64,000 bases of DNA. Source: Treponema sp. (GTDB taxonomy: Bacteria > Spirochaetota > Spirochaetia > Treponematales > Breznakiellaceae). Location of the stretch: contig WQSF01000001.1 in assembly GCA_009788065.1 (NCBI GenBank), forward strand, positions 6,414 through 70,413. Reading direction: 5' to 3'. The notes beneath the pieces are model-generated. The model had not been told where the DNA came from, did no database searches, and saw nothing but the letters and a program-made list of their open reading frames with translations. This document shows, piece after piece, positions 19,174-28,399 of the stretch. How positions within the stretch are numbered: the first letter of the stretch is position 1; every line of letters begins with the position of its first letter. The position numbers and the translations under genes are program-made.

Positions 19174-20715
19174 ATGACAAACGTAGAAATTAATGAAAAA
19201 ATCTCCTGCGACGAATACGGCGGAGAAAAACTGATTAATACATTCCGTATTGCGGAGAGCCTCATCTTTATTTTGTCGATTACGGCTGTATCATTTTTAA
19301 GGTCTATCGAAGGGCTTTTGCATTTTCCGTATCAAGCTTATGTATTTACGGGAGGATTTTTTATTTATTCCGTCTTCCTTCATTTTTATATAAGAAAAAG
19401 AAAATCTCTTCACCGTTTATTTAAATATATCTGCGTAATACTGGATACGCTTTTTATAAGCGCGGCAATTTGGGCTGGATGCACTTATCTTGAAATTTCC
19501 CCTCCCATTACATTCCTTTCCGTGCAGGCGCTTTTTTACATGGTTTTAATTCTGGCTGGCTCTTTCAGATACAGCGTTAGGTGCGCTTACTTTTCCGGTA
19601 TTTTCTCAGGGTTTTGCTATATCATAGTTGTTTTGGCAAATGGTAAAGTCCTGGATTTACCTTATTTTTTCATGCTGGATAATAAATTAATTAATGTCAG
19701 TTTTCCCTTGTATAACGAAATTTTCCGCGTGCTTGGAATGGTTGTAGCGGGAGCGATTTCAGGAATTGCGTGCAGACGCCATCTTTCATTGTTTAACAAC
19801 ATGATTACATCGCAGATGAACGCGGCTCAAACAGCATCCTCCACTGTAGATCAAACCCGTTCAATGGCAAAAGTAATTAAAAAATCGACAGACGAGATTT
19901 TCCTTTCGTCCAAAGATATTTTTTCAACCGCAAACAATCAGGCGGCAAGCATTCAGGAAATTGAAAGCACGATAAACGAAAACACGCGGATTGCAAATGA
20001 AATCTCCGATAAAACAACAAGTGTCGCAAGCATCGCGTCCAAAATGGAAAATGACGTTATTCACGGCTTTTCTGTTTTAGAGCGCAACGTTGATCAACTG
20101 GAAGACATAAAGAAAAAAAATGACGGAGTAATAACCGGTATTATAAATCTTGGAAACAAAATTTTAAAAATTCGCGATATTGTAAAAAACATTAATACAA
20201 TCACGGATCAAACAAAAGTTATCGCTTTTAACGCGGCTCTGGAAGCGGCAAGCGCAGGCGACAGGGGCAAGCGTTTTTCCGTAGTCGCGAGCGAAGTAAA
20301 CCGTCTTGCAGACGACATCGCTACGCTTACAAAGCAGATACGCGAGCAGGTGGAAGAGATTCAAAATTCGTCTTCTTCATTAATAATTTCAAGCGAAGAA
20401 AGCGCGGATAAAATTATCGAAGGCAATAATCTGATAAAGGAACTTGAGGATATTTTTAGAGAAATACGTTCGGGAGCGGAAATTACCGCAAATCAGGCTC
20501 AAACCATTACGGTGTTTTCACAAAAACAGCAAAAATCAACTGAGCATATAAATATAGCCATATCCGATATTTCTAAAGGACTTTCAAACTTTATACAGTC
20601 AACCAAGATCGCAACTTCGTCGGCTCAAGGGTTATCGGAAATTATTGATGAACTCGATATTTTACTAACTGGACAAGTATCGGATAAAAATATATATTCT
20701 AAAACAGGCAGTTAA
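19174..20715 (+). CDS. MCP with polytopic membrane sensor (paralog 3)
   Basis: Same architecture as 11987 and 13510; QTKVIAFNAALEAASAGDRGKRFSVVASEVNRLA; SD AGAGGTG before ATG 19174. Confidence 0.92.
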   Translation: MTNVEINEKISCDEYGGEKLINTFRIAESLIFILSITAVSFLRSIEGLLHFPYQAYVFTGGFFIYSVFLHFYIRKRKSLHRLFKYICVILDTLFISAAIWAGCTYLEISPPITFLSVQALFYMVLILAGSFRYSVRCAYFSGIFSGFCYIIVVLANGKVLDLPYFFMLDNKLINVSFPLYNEIFRVLGMVVAGAISGIACRRHLSLFNNMITSQMNAAQTASSTVDQTRSMAKVIKKSTDEIFLSSKDIFSTANNQAASIQEIESTINENTRIANEISDKTTSVASIASKMENDVIHGFSVLERNVDQLEDIKKKNDGVITGIINLGNKILKIRDIVKNINTITDQTKVIAFNAALEAASAGDRGKRFSVVASEVNRLADDIATLTKQIREQVEEIQNSSSSLIISSEESADKIIEGNNLIKELEDIFREIRSGAEITANQAQTITVFSQKQQKSTEHINIAISDISKGLSNFIQSTKIATSSAQGLSEIIDELDILLTGQVSDKNIYSKTGS

Positions 20716-20732
20716 CAATTAGGGAAGCGTTA

Positions 20733-23366
20733 ATGAATTCATTCTTAAAAAAACTTGTTTTAATCTCTGTATTTATTATATGCGCTTCTCCCCTATTTTC
20801 ACGCGATGTAATTATAAATGTGTTAGATTCCGATCTTGACCTTCCGCTGGAAGGCGCTACAGTACGCCTGAGAGACGGAAGAGAGTATATATGCGATCGT
20901 AACGGAAGAACTGTTATTCAGGTGCCTGACGACAGGCAGGTAATGATTTACTGCTTGTATCCCGGCTATGAAACAGGAATTATTACTATCCCTTTAACGG
21001 GCGCTTCGTTCACAGTTTCGCTTAATCTTTCCGGTGTTTTACAGGGCAGGGAGCTTGTTATCGAAGCGTCAAGACCCGATTCAGCCGAAACCAGAACCGG
21101 AAGAAGTATTGCCGTAACTTCAAAAGAAATTGCCCAAACCGCCGAGATCGGAATAATAGAAGATGTAATGAGCACAATTTCGCTTCTTCCGGGTGTAGGT
21201 TACGCGGGTCTTTTTGACGCTGAACCGAGTATCCGCGGAGGTCATCCCGGAGACATGGGCGCATCATTAAACGGTTTTTTTATTAACAATCCGTTCTTTT
21301 GGGGAGGCACTTTTTCAATCTTTGATCCAAGAATGGTAGAAAGCGCGCAATTATCTCACGGTGTTTTTTCCGCGCGATTCGGGCACACCATTTCTGGGCT
21401 TCTTGAAATTACCACAAAAAATCCTTCTCCCACGGAAACACAATTTGAATTAAGCGTTAATACAAGCGCCGCAAATTTTAATTTTTCACTGCCGCTGAAC
21501 GGTAAGGGCGGAATAATATTCATGGGGCGCATTACCTATTACGCTCCATTTCTAAAACTGGCAGTCGCCTTGTCAAGGTTTATTCCCCAGCTTGAACTTT
21601 TAAAATCTTTCGAAAAACAAGCTCCTTATATAAGAACTGTTACCGCCAACGGAAATTACAGGTTTACGGAAAATCTGGAGCTTACCGCGACAGGATTTTT
21701 CGGTATGGACGGAGTCGGCATTAAATTTGAAAATGACAGCCTTGTTAATGATTTTTTAAACAGCGAAACAACCATAGATTTTTTATTTATAAATTATCAG
21801 ACTTTTTTTACAACTTCTCTTTCATATAACCCTCGTAAGGATATGCTGTTAAAATTTCTCGCCGGAGTAGGATATGAAAAACAGGATAATTTGGGAGATA
21901 TACAATTCAATATAAAAGAAAAACATTTTTCTAAAGCATTTCAAGACAGGTTCCCAAATTTATATAATGCTATTCAAATTGTCAAACCTGACCCCTATGA
22001 CTTTAAATCAGCCAGCCTTATTGATCAATCAGAATCCAATTTAAACTTGCAAGGAAGGATCGATTATGACTGGCATATATCGGAAAAGATTCTTTTATCT
22101 TCAGGAATACAGGTAATGTACAACCAGTTTTCTGTTAACGGCGTACAAAAAGGATCAGGAGATATAAGGTATAACTCCGAATCGTTCAACGAACAATACA
22201 GACAAATAATTAAAGGATTAATTTTATATAACTATCCTTTAATAGATTTTGATTTAATATATGACGATTTAAGAATTCAAAGAGCTGGTACCTATTATCC
22301 AAATGCAAAGAATGATTTATTAACAACATCAGGGTATATTCTGGGAGAATTCTTTTTAGGTAAAAGATTCAACGCTGAACTTGGTCTTCGTGTGGATTAT
22401 TTTTTATTAACTGGTGAGAACGATTTTCGTTTAGACAGCGATCCTGCGTTGAACCCTCGTCTTAACCTTGAATTTAATCTGTATAACGGCACAGGTTTCT
22501 TTAATAAAATAGATCTTTCTGCTGGTACAGGTCTTTTTTCCTCTATAAACGATAATGTCTCTTCCGCCGAAGAAAGATTCAATATAGAAAAAATTAAACC
22601 TAATCGTTCATGGACTTCCATCATTGGAATCAAGTTCGGTCTACCAGAATCGATTAGCTTAAATATTGAAGGATATTATAAATACATTTTTGACAGAATG
22701 TATATTCCTTTGGAAGAAAATGAAGAAATAACTCCATTACCAAAATTTGACGGCGAAGGGCAAATATGGGGATTGGATGTAATGCTTCAAAAAACCCAAT
22801 CCCGTTACTGGGACGGATGGATTGCTTATTCATTCAACTGGGTAAAATATCGTGACCCGCAAGGTGTCGCAGGTGGAAGTAGTATATCAGGAGGAAACAG
22901 AGGAGACATCTGGTATTTCCCATCGTTTCACAGATTTCATACATTAAATTTCATTCTTAATGTAAAACCTGTTCAAAAAATGAATTTATACTTCCGTCTT
23001 GGACTTGCATCAGGTGTTCCCTTGGCTAAGCGCGATGAAAAGGGACCTCAGAGTTATCCTGTTTATCTTGTAGATCAAAATATATTCATAGAAAAATATT
23101 ACTGGAATTCATATTACGACGAATCAAATCGCACTACTCCATCATTTAATGTGGATTTTAAATTCTCTCTCTTTGGAGGATATAAAAAAGGCAAAACAAG
23201 ATATGAAATGTATTTTGCCATAGAAAATGTTCTTGGTTTACTGTACAGCGCCCAGGGGAATACAAGTTTTAATCAGTATACGGGAGAACTTGACGAAGGA
23301 AGTTTCTCGGCAACTTTTGACCTTCCAACTCCAATACCTTCCTTTGGTTTCAGGATTAGTTATTAA
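20733..23366 (+). CDS. TonB-dependent outer-membrane receptor
   Basis: Signal peptide; N-terminal LPLEGATV extension; plug motifs DVMSTISLLPGV, SIRGG, FSARFG..ISGLLEIT; barrel motifs GLRVDY, NPRLN; C-terminal FGFRISY. Confidence 0.85.
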   Translation: MNSFLKKLVLISVFIICASPLFSRDVIINVLDSDLDLPLEGATVRLRDGREYICDRNGRTVIQVPDDRQVMIYCLYPGYETGIITIPLTGASFTVSLNLSGVLQGRELVIEASRPDSAETRTGRSIAVTSKEIAQTAEIGIIEDVMSTISLLPGVGYAGLFDAEPSIRGGHPGDMGASLNGFFINNPFFWGGTFSIFDPRMVESAQLSHGVFSARFGHTISGLLEITTKNPSPTETQFELSVNTSAANFNFSLPLNGKGGIIFMGRITYYAPFLKLAVALSRFIPQLELLKSFEKQAPYIRTVTANGNYRFTENLELTATGFFGMDGVGIKFENDSLVNDFLNSETTIDFLFINYQTFFTTSLSYNPRKDMLLKFLAGVGYEKQDNLGDIQFNIKEKHFSKAFQDRFPNLYNAIQIVKPDPYDFKSASLIDQSESNLNLQGRIDYDWHISEKILLSSGIQVMYNQFSVNGVQKGSGDIRYNSESFNEQYRQIIKGLILYNYPLIDFDLIYDDLRIQRAGTYYPNAKNDLLTTSGYILGEFFLGKRFNAELGLRVDYFLLTGENDFRLDSDPALNPRLNLEFNLYNGTGFFNKIDLSAGTGLFSSINDNVSSAEERFNIEKIKPNRSWTSIIGIKFGLPESISLNIEGYYKYIFDRMYIPLEENEEITPLPKFDGEGQIWGLDVMLQKTQSRYWDGWIAYSFNWVKYRDPQGVAGGSSISGGNRGDIWYFPSFHRFHTLNFILNVKPVQKMNLYFRLGLASGVPLAKRDEKGPQSYPVYLVDQNIFIEKYYWNSYYDESNRTTPSFNVDFKFSLFGGYKKGKTRYEMYFAIENVLGLLYSAQGNTSFNQYTGELDEGSFSATFDLPTPIPSFGFRISY

Positions 23367-23375
23367 GGTTTTAAA

Positions 23376-24224
23376 ATGAAAAAGATTTTTTTTAATATTA
23401 ATATTTTACTCATACCGTTATCAATCCTGTTATTCTCGGGATGCGCGGCAATGGAAGGAGCCGGAAAATTTCTTGACGGCTCTGTTTTTGCGGAAAGAAG
23501 AGTTTCGCTTTACAAAGCGTTCAAAAAAGACGGTTATGAGTCTGATATGGAATTAAAATTTATAAGAGATAAAAATAAAGAAATTTCGATTTTAATTTCC
23601 GCGTCAAAATATCCCATGATGAAATTGCGCGCGTCAAATCCCGGCGAAGACGGAACTTTTATTCTAAAATCTCTTGAATACCTTGCCGGAAGTACGCACG
23701 GCTGGAATGAATATACGCTTGAATTAATCGGCGAAGGAAAGTTCGATCCTGAAAATCCTGTTTTAATAATTTCAGAAATAGAAACAGTTCAGATAATAAA
23801 GGGAAGAATTCACAGATACGATACTCGTATAACAGGAAACGAAGCTGTAACCGCGCTTCGTAACCGCAGAGAGCGTGTTCAAGCCATTGTAAGCTGGATG
23901 TCTTCGCAGGAGCCGCCAGTTTTCCCGAAAATAAAAGAATTTGAGAATTATTGGGAGCCTGTACTCTTCCCTGAAATAGTGTCCAGGAAAAAAAGACCGG
24001 CGGATTTCAAGCAGGAAGGCGACGAACGAAAAAAAACGGATGATATACGATGGAACACAAGCTACACGGAACGTGTTTTCCCGGAAGAATTATGGAATGT
24101 CAGAAACACAGGCACATTGCTAAGGGATTGGGAAGACGCGCTTTCATGGATATACATGGAATATGAATGGGAAAAAATATTGGAATTATTTTCCAATGAA
24201 ATAATTTTTAACAAAATAAAGTGA
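23376..24224 (+). CDS. Lipoprotein of unknown function
   Basis: MKK + hydrophobic core + LFSG-C lipobox. Confidence 0.75.
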   Translation: MKKIFFNINILLIPLSILLFSGCAAMEGAGKFLDGSVFAERRVSLYKAFKKDGYESDMELKFIRDKNKEISILISASKYPMMKLRASNPGEDGTFILKSLEYLAGSTHGWNEYTLELIGEGKFDPENPVLIISEIETVQIIKGRIHRYDTRITGNEAVTALRNRRERVQAIVSWMSSQEPPVFPKIKEFENYWEPVLFPEIVSRKKRPADFKQEGDERKKTDDIRWNTSYTERVFPEELWNVRNTGTLLRDWEDALSWIYMEYEWEKILELFSNEIIFNKIK

Positions 24225-24233
24225 GGTTTGTAA

Positions 24234-24878
24234 ATGGAAACTGCTTCTTTTTCCGTATTGGAACTGTTTAAACTAGGCGGGGTTATCATGTGGCCCCTGC
24301 TTGTATTTTCTATCGCGGTTGTCGCTATCGCGATTGAGCGCGCGGTTTATTTAATCTATCATAATCTTGAGGTTGACGATCTTGCGTCAGCCGTAGCTGA
24401 TTATATCGATAAAAAAGATTATTCAGGCGCTTCGGATTACCTTGGCAGGTTAACTAAAAAACGGATGGGCGCCAGAGTTTTTTTGGCAATCGTACAACAG
24501 TTAAAATCCGGGCAAAAAATAACGGAACACCGTCTGGAAAAAGCCGCTGAAACTGAGGCCATAAAGTGCATTTCATCACTTGAAAACAGCTTTAACTTTC
24601 TAGTAGCGATCGGCTCCCTTTCCCCTTTAACCGGCTTTTTAGGAACCGTTACAGGTATGATAGGCGCGTTCAGATCAATCGCCGAGGCGACCGAAGTAAA
24701 CGCGCAAATTGTCGCAAACGGCATTTACGAAGCGTTAATTACAACGGTATTCGGACTTATCATAGCCATTATCGCGATGATTTCACATTCCATTTACAGC
24801 CACATTGTTGACAAATTCGCATCGAAGATAGAAAACACATGTACAAATGTGATTTCACAGGTTAGCGACTGCCAGTAA
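24234..24878 (+). CDS. exbB: MotA/TolQ/ExbB proton channel
   Basis: GGVIMWPL, SPLTGFLGTVTGMIGAF, GIYEALITTVFGL. Confidence 0.9.
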   Translation: METASFSVLELFKLGGVIMWPLLVFSIAVVAIAIERAVYLIYHNLEVDDLASAVADYIDKKDYSGASDYLGRLTKKRMGARVFLAIVQQLKSGQKITEHRLEKAAETEAIKCISSLENSFNFLVAIGSLSPLTGFLGTVTGMIGAFRSIAEATEVNAQIVANGIYEALITTVFGLIIAIIAMISHSIYSHIVDKFASKIENTCTNVISQVSDCQ

Positions 24879-24893
24879 TAAATCAGGGGATAT

Positions 24894-25298
24894 ATGAAAC
24901 TAAACCGCCGTAAAAAACAGGGATTTCTTGAAACATGCGCCGCGAGCGATCTTGCGTTTCTTTTAATTATTTATTTTCTTGTTATAGCCGGTTTTAATAT
25001 TAATAAAGGTTTTGTAATGAATCTTCCGGCGAAAGATTCTACAAGGATGATACTGCGCGAAGATTTACTCAGATTTGATATGGAAGCAAACGGAGACATT
25101 TATTACAGCGAAGAAATAATCAACATCCATAAATCAAAATCGATTATACAGAAAGCGCAAAACGATAATCCGAATATTGCGGTTATTATTACAATAAACA
25201 GCGAAGCGCGCTGGCAGAATGTCGTGGATTTTGTGGAGCTGGCGCAGGATTTACAAATTGATTCATTTTCATTTTCCATGAAAAAGGAAATTCAATGA
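24894..25298 (+). CDS. exbD: ExbD/TolR family protein 1
   Basis: SDLAFLLIIYFLV TM with conserved Asp, NLPA. Confidence 0.85.
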   Translation: MKLNRRKKQGFLETCAASDLAFLLIIYFLVIAGFNINKGFVMNLPAKDSTRMILREDLLRFDMEANGDIYYSEEIINIHKSKSIIQKAQNDNPNIAVIITINSEARWQNVVDFVELAQDLQIDSFSFSMKKEIQ

Positions 25299-25696
25299 AT
25301 TTAAAAAGAAGCAAAAGATTTGTAAACGTTCCTCTTTTCTCCACGTCTGATATCGCCTTCCTGCTCTTAATATTTATCATGCTTGTCTCATTGATTAATT
25401 ACCGCAAAGAAGTAAAAATCGATTACCCCGAAGCCAGGACTGCTCTTCGCGCTACCGCCGATAAAAATCTTGAAGTATGGATTAATGTCGAAGGCGACAT
25501 TTTTCTTGACGCGGAGCCTTCTGATTATCTTTCATTGGAAAGAAAAATAGCGGAACTTTATTTAACAGCTCCCGATACCCGTGTGCATATTATCGCGGAT
25601 CGCAATACTCCATACGAAAAAATAAACAATGTTTTGGAAATCCTTCAGATTCTTCAATACCGTGTTGTAAGCTTTGTGGTAAAAACAAATGAATGA
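25295..25696 (+). CDS. exbD: ExbD/TolR family protein 2
   Basis: SDIAFLLLIFIML, IIADRNTPYEKI. Confidence 0.88.
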   Translation: MNLKRSKRFVNVPLFSTSDIAFLLLIFIMLVSLINYRKEVKIDYPEARTALRATADKNLEVWINVEGDIFLDAEPSDYLSLERKIAELYLTAPDTRVHIIADRNTPYEKINNVLEILQILQYRVVSFVVKTNE

Positions 25697-26273
25697 AAAA
25701 CTGCTTCGTTTTATAATATTGGCTGTTACAGCGGCTATACACCTTGTAATAATATTTTTTCTTGTATTCGACACTGACAGGATTTTTTACGGTGAATCTG
25801 AAAACGCGAGAGTAATGAAAGTAACGGATTTTGCAGAACTTCCGCCCCCTCAAGCAGACCCTGAAATACCGCAGGTAGAAGAAATTGCGGAAGTAATGAT
25901 CGAAACAGATATTCCTCCCGTACAAACTGTTGTCGCGGCTGGAACTCTATCCGTCCATTCATTTGACAATTATCTTCAAATGCATCAGGTATCCGTAAGT
26001 CCGCAGTTTGACGAGAGAATGATTATATCAGAACTTGTATATCCGCCTATCGCGCTTCGTTCAGGCATCGAAGGCAGGGTAATTCTTGAATTGTTCGTAG
26101 ACACTTCGGGCATGGTGCAGAGGGTTACGATCTTGCGCGAAGACCCTGAAGGCAGGGGTTTTGGAGAAGCGGCGGTAAGAGCATTCATGGGAAAGAAAGG
26201 AAGACCCGCATACGCGAACGGAGAAGCTGTCTCTTGCAGGTACAGATACCCCCTTCTGTTTACGATTAGATAA
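25689..26273 (+). CDS. tonB: Energy transducer TonB (short form)
   Basis: TM with AAIH, short Pro stretch, YPPIALRSGIEGRVILELFVD..GFGEAA C-terminal domain. Confidence 0.88.
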   Translation: MNEKLLRFIILAVTAAIHLVIIFFLVFDTDRIFYGESENARVMKVTDFAELPPPQADPEIPQVEEIAEVMIETDIPPVQTVVAAGTLSVHSFDNYLQMHQVSVSPQFDERMIISELVYPPIALRSGIEGRVILELFVDTSGMVQRVTILREDPEGRGFGEAAVRAFMGKKGRPAYANGEAVSCRYRYPLLFTIR

Positions 26274-26325
26274 TAAATATCTGAAACAAATTTAATTTAC
26301 GCGTGTTTTTAAAAACTTTAACCTT

Positions 26326-27384
26326 TTAATATATTAACATTGCGTCGCCGTAGCTGAAAAAACGGTATTTTTCTTTTACAGCTTTCGAATAACAATCAAG
26401 AATTAAATTTTTTCCGGCGAATGCTGATACCAGCATTAATAAAGTTGACTGCGGTGTATGAAAATTAGTAAACAATACGTCAGTTATTTTAAATTTGTAT
26501 CCCGGATAAATAAAAATCGAAGTTTTTTGCCATCCTGTTTTTATCCTTTCATTGTTAAAAGCGCTTTCAAGAGAGCGCAGGCTTGTTGTCCCAACCGCTA
26601 TTATTTTTCTGCCTGAAGCTCTCGCTTTTTCTATAAGCGCGGCGTTGTAATCTGTAATTGTAAAATACTCTTCATGCATGATATGATCTTCTATATTTTC
26701 ACTGCGTACAGGTAAAAATGTACCCAAACCGACATGCAATGTTACAAAAGCGAATTCAATTCCGGCTTCTTTAAGATCGTTTAAAATATCGCCTGAAAAA
26801 TGAAGTCCCGCTGTGGGAGCGGCGGCGGAACCTGTTTCTTCAGCGTAAATTGTCTGATAACGCTGTGAATCAAATGCTGTATCTTCTCTCTTAATATACG
26901 GCGGAAGCGGAATGTGTCCGTATTTGTCAAGAAACTCCTCGTTTACGGGATTTTTAAACCGAAGATATCGAAATTCGTTTTCTTCGCCTGTTATTTCCGC
27001 GAAAGCTATTTCCTCTCCTGAATTATCATAAAATTTGTAACTGCTTCCGATTCTTCTTCGCTTCGATTTTTGCGCCAGAGTTTTCCATTCATCATTAATT
27101 TTTTCCAGTAATAAAAACTCAGCTCTAGCGCCTGTTTTGACATTTTTTCCAATTAGTCTTGCTTTTCGCACTTTGGTATTATTAAACACCAATAACGGTT
27201 TTTCTTTATCAGGCGACAGAAACTTCTCTTTGCATAAAATCTTCGGTAATTCTGCCACAACGTTATGCGATATTTCTTTACTAAAACGATCCAGTGTCAT
27301 AAGCCTGCTGCGCCCCCTTTGCGAAGGCGGCTCTTGCGCAATCAACTCATCGGGAAGTTCAAAGTTAAATTCATTCGTTTTCAA
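26326..27384 (-). CDS. queA: S-adenosylmethionine:tRNA ribosyltransferase-isomerase
   Basis: LPDELIAQEP, PLPPYIKR, AAPTAGLHF, TNFHTPQSTL, YRFFSYGDAM. Confidence 0.96.
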   Translation of the reverse strand: MKTNEFNFELPDELIAQEPPSQRGRSRLMTLDRFSKEISHNVVAELPKILCKEKFLSPDKEKPLLVFNNTKVRKARLIGKNVKTGARAEFLLLEKINDEWKTLAQKSKRRRIGSSYKFYDNSGEEIAFAEITGEENEFRYLRFKNPVNEEFLDKYGHIPLPPYIKREDTAFDSQRYQTIYAEETGSAAAPTAGLHFSGDILNDLKEAGIEFAFVTLHVGLGTFLPVRSENIEDHIMHEEYFTITDYNAALIEKARASGRKIIAVGTTSLRSLESAFNNERIKTGWQKTSIFIYPGYKFKITDVLFTNFHTPQSTLLMLVSAFAGKNLILDCYSKAVKEKYRFFSYGDAMLIY

Positions 27385-28399
27385 AGAGTGTTTTCTCGTT
27401 ATTAACCGGTTTTAAGCCCAAATGTCCGTAAGCAAAATTAGTCACAGTCCTTCCTCTTGGAGTGCGTTGTATAAGCCCTGCCTGTATTAAAAACGGCTCG
27501 TAATAATCTTCAAGGGTTTCTACTGATTCGCCGATTGATATTGCCAAAGTTTCAGCGCCTACAGGACCGCCTTTGTAGCGTTCGATAATTATTTTTAAAA
27601 TTTCACGATCCTGTTTTTCAAGACCGAGTTCGTCTATTTCCAGACGCGAAAGTCCGTCCTTTACAACAGGCAGCGTGATACCCGGCTCTCCCGCGTATTG
27701 GGCAAAATCTCTCATTCGTTTTAAAAGCTGGTTTACAACCCTTGGTGTTCCTCTTGACGATCTTGCCAAAAGAGAAGCTGCGTCTTTATCTATCTTTACA
27801 TTTAAAAGTCCTGCCGAACGGCGGACAATCGCTTCTAAATCTTCTTGTTCGTAAAATGAAAAACGGCACGTTATGCCAAACCTGCTGATCAACGGACTCG
27901 ATACAACACCGGCTTTTGTTGTCGCACCGACAAGCGTAAAGGGCTTTATCGCGATTCTGATTGTTCTTGCCATCGGCCCCTGACCTACCACCCAGTCAAT
28001 TCCGTAATCTTCCATCGCTATGTAAAGAAGCTCTTCGATTGCGGGTTTTAAACTGTGAATTTCATCGATAAAAAATACATCGCCTTTTTTTAAATTTGTT
28101 AAAAACCCCACAAGGTCCTTGGGTTTTTCAAGAGCCGGAGCCGTTGTTTGAATAAAACCTGTTTCAAGCTCATTCGCTACAACCTGCGCCATTGTTGTTT
28201 TTCCAAGACCGGCAGGACCTATTAAAAATAAATGGTCAAGGGAATCTGACCTTTCTTTCGCGGCGGAAATAAAAACAGAAAGATTGTCTTTCATGGTTTT
28301 CTGCCCGACAAATTCTTTTAAAAGGCGCGGGCGCAAAGCCGTGTCGTGGCTGTCTTCTTTAATTGCTTCCGGGCGCACAGGGCTGTCTTTTTTTTTCAT
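27371..28399 (-). CDS. ruvB: Holliday junction helicase RuvB
   Basis: LRPRLLKEFVGQ, GPAGLGKTT, FIDEIH, RGTPR, RTPRGR. Confidence 0.97.
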   Translation of the reverse strand: MKKKDSPVRPEAIKEDSHDTALRPRLLKEFVGQKTMKDNLSVFISAAKERSDSLDHLFLIGPAGLGKTTMAQVVANELETGFIQTTAPALEKPKDLVGFLTNLKKGDVFFIDEIHSLKPAIEELLYIAMEDYGIDWVVGQGPMARTIRIAIKPFTLVGATTKAGVVSSPLISRFGITCRFSFYEQEDLEAIVRRSAGLLNVKIDKDAASLLARSSRGTPRVVNQLLKRMRDFAQYAGEPGITLPVVKDGLSRLEIDELGLEKQDREILKIIIERYKGGPVGAETLAISIGESVETLEDYYEPFLIQAGLIQRTPRGRTVTNFAYGHLGLKPVNNEKTLFENE

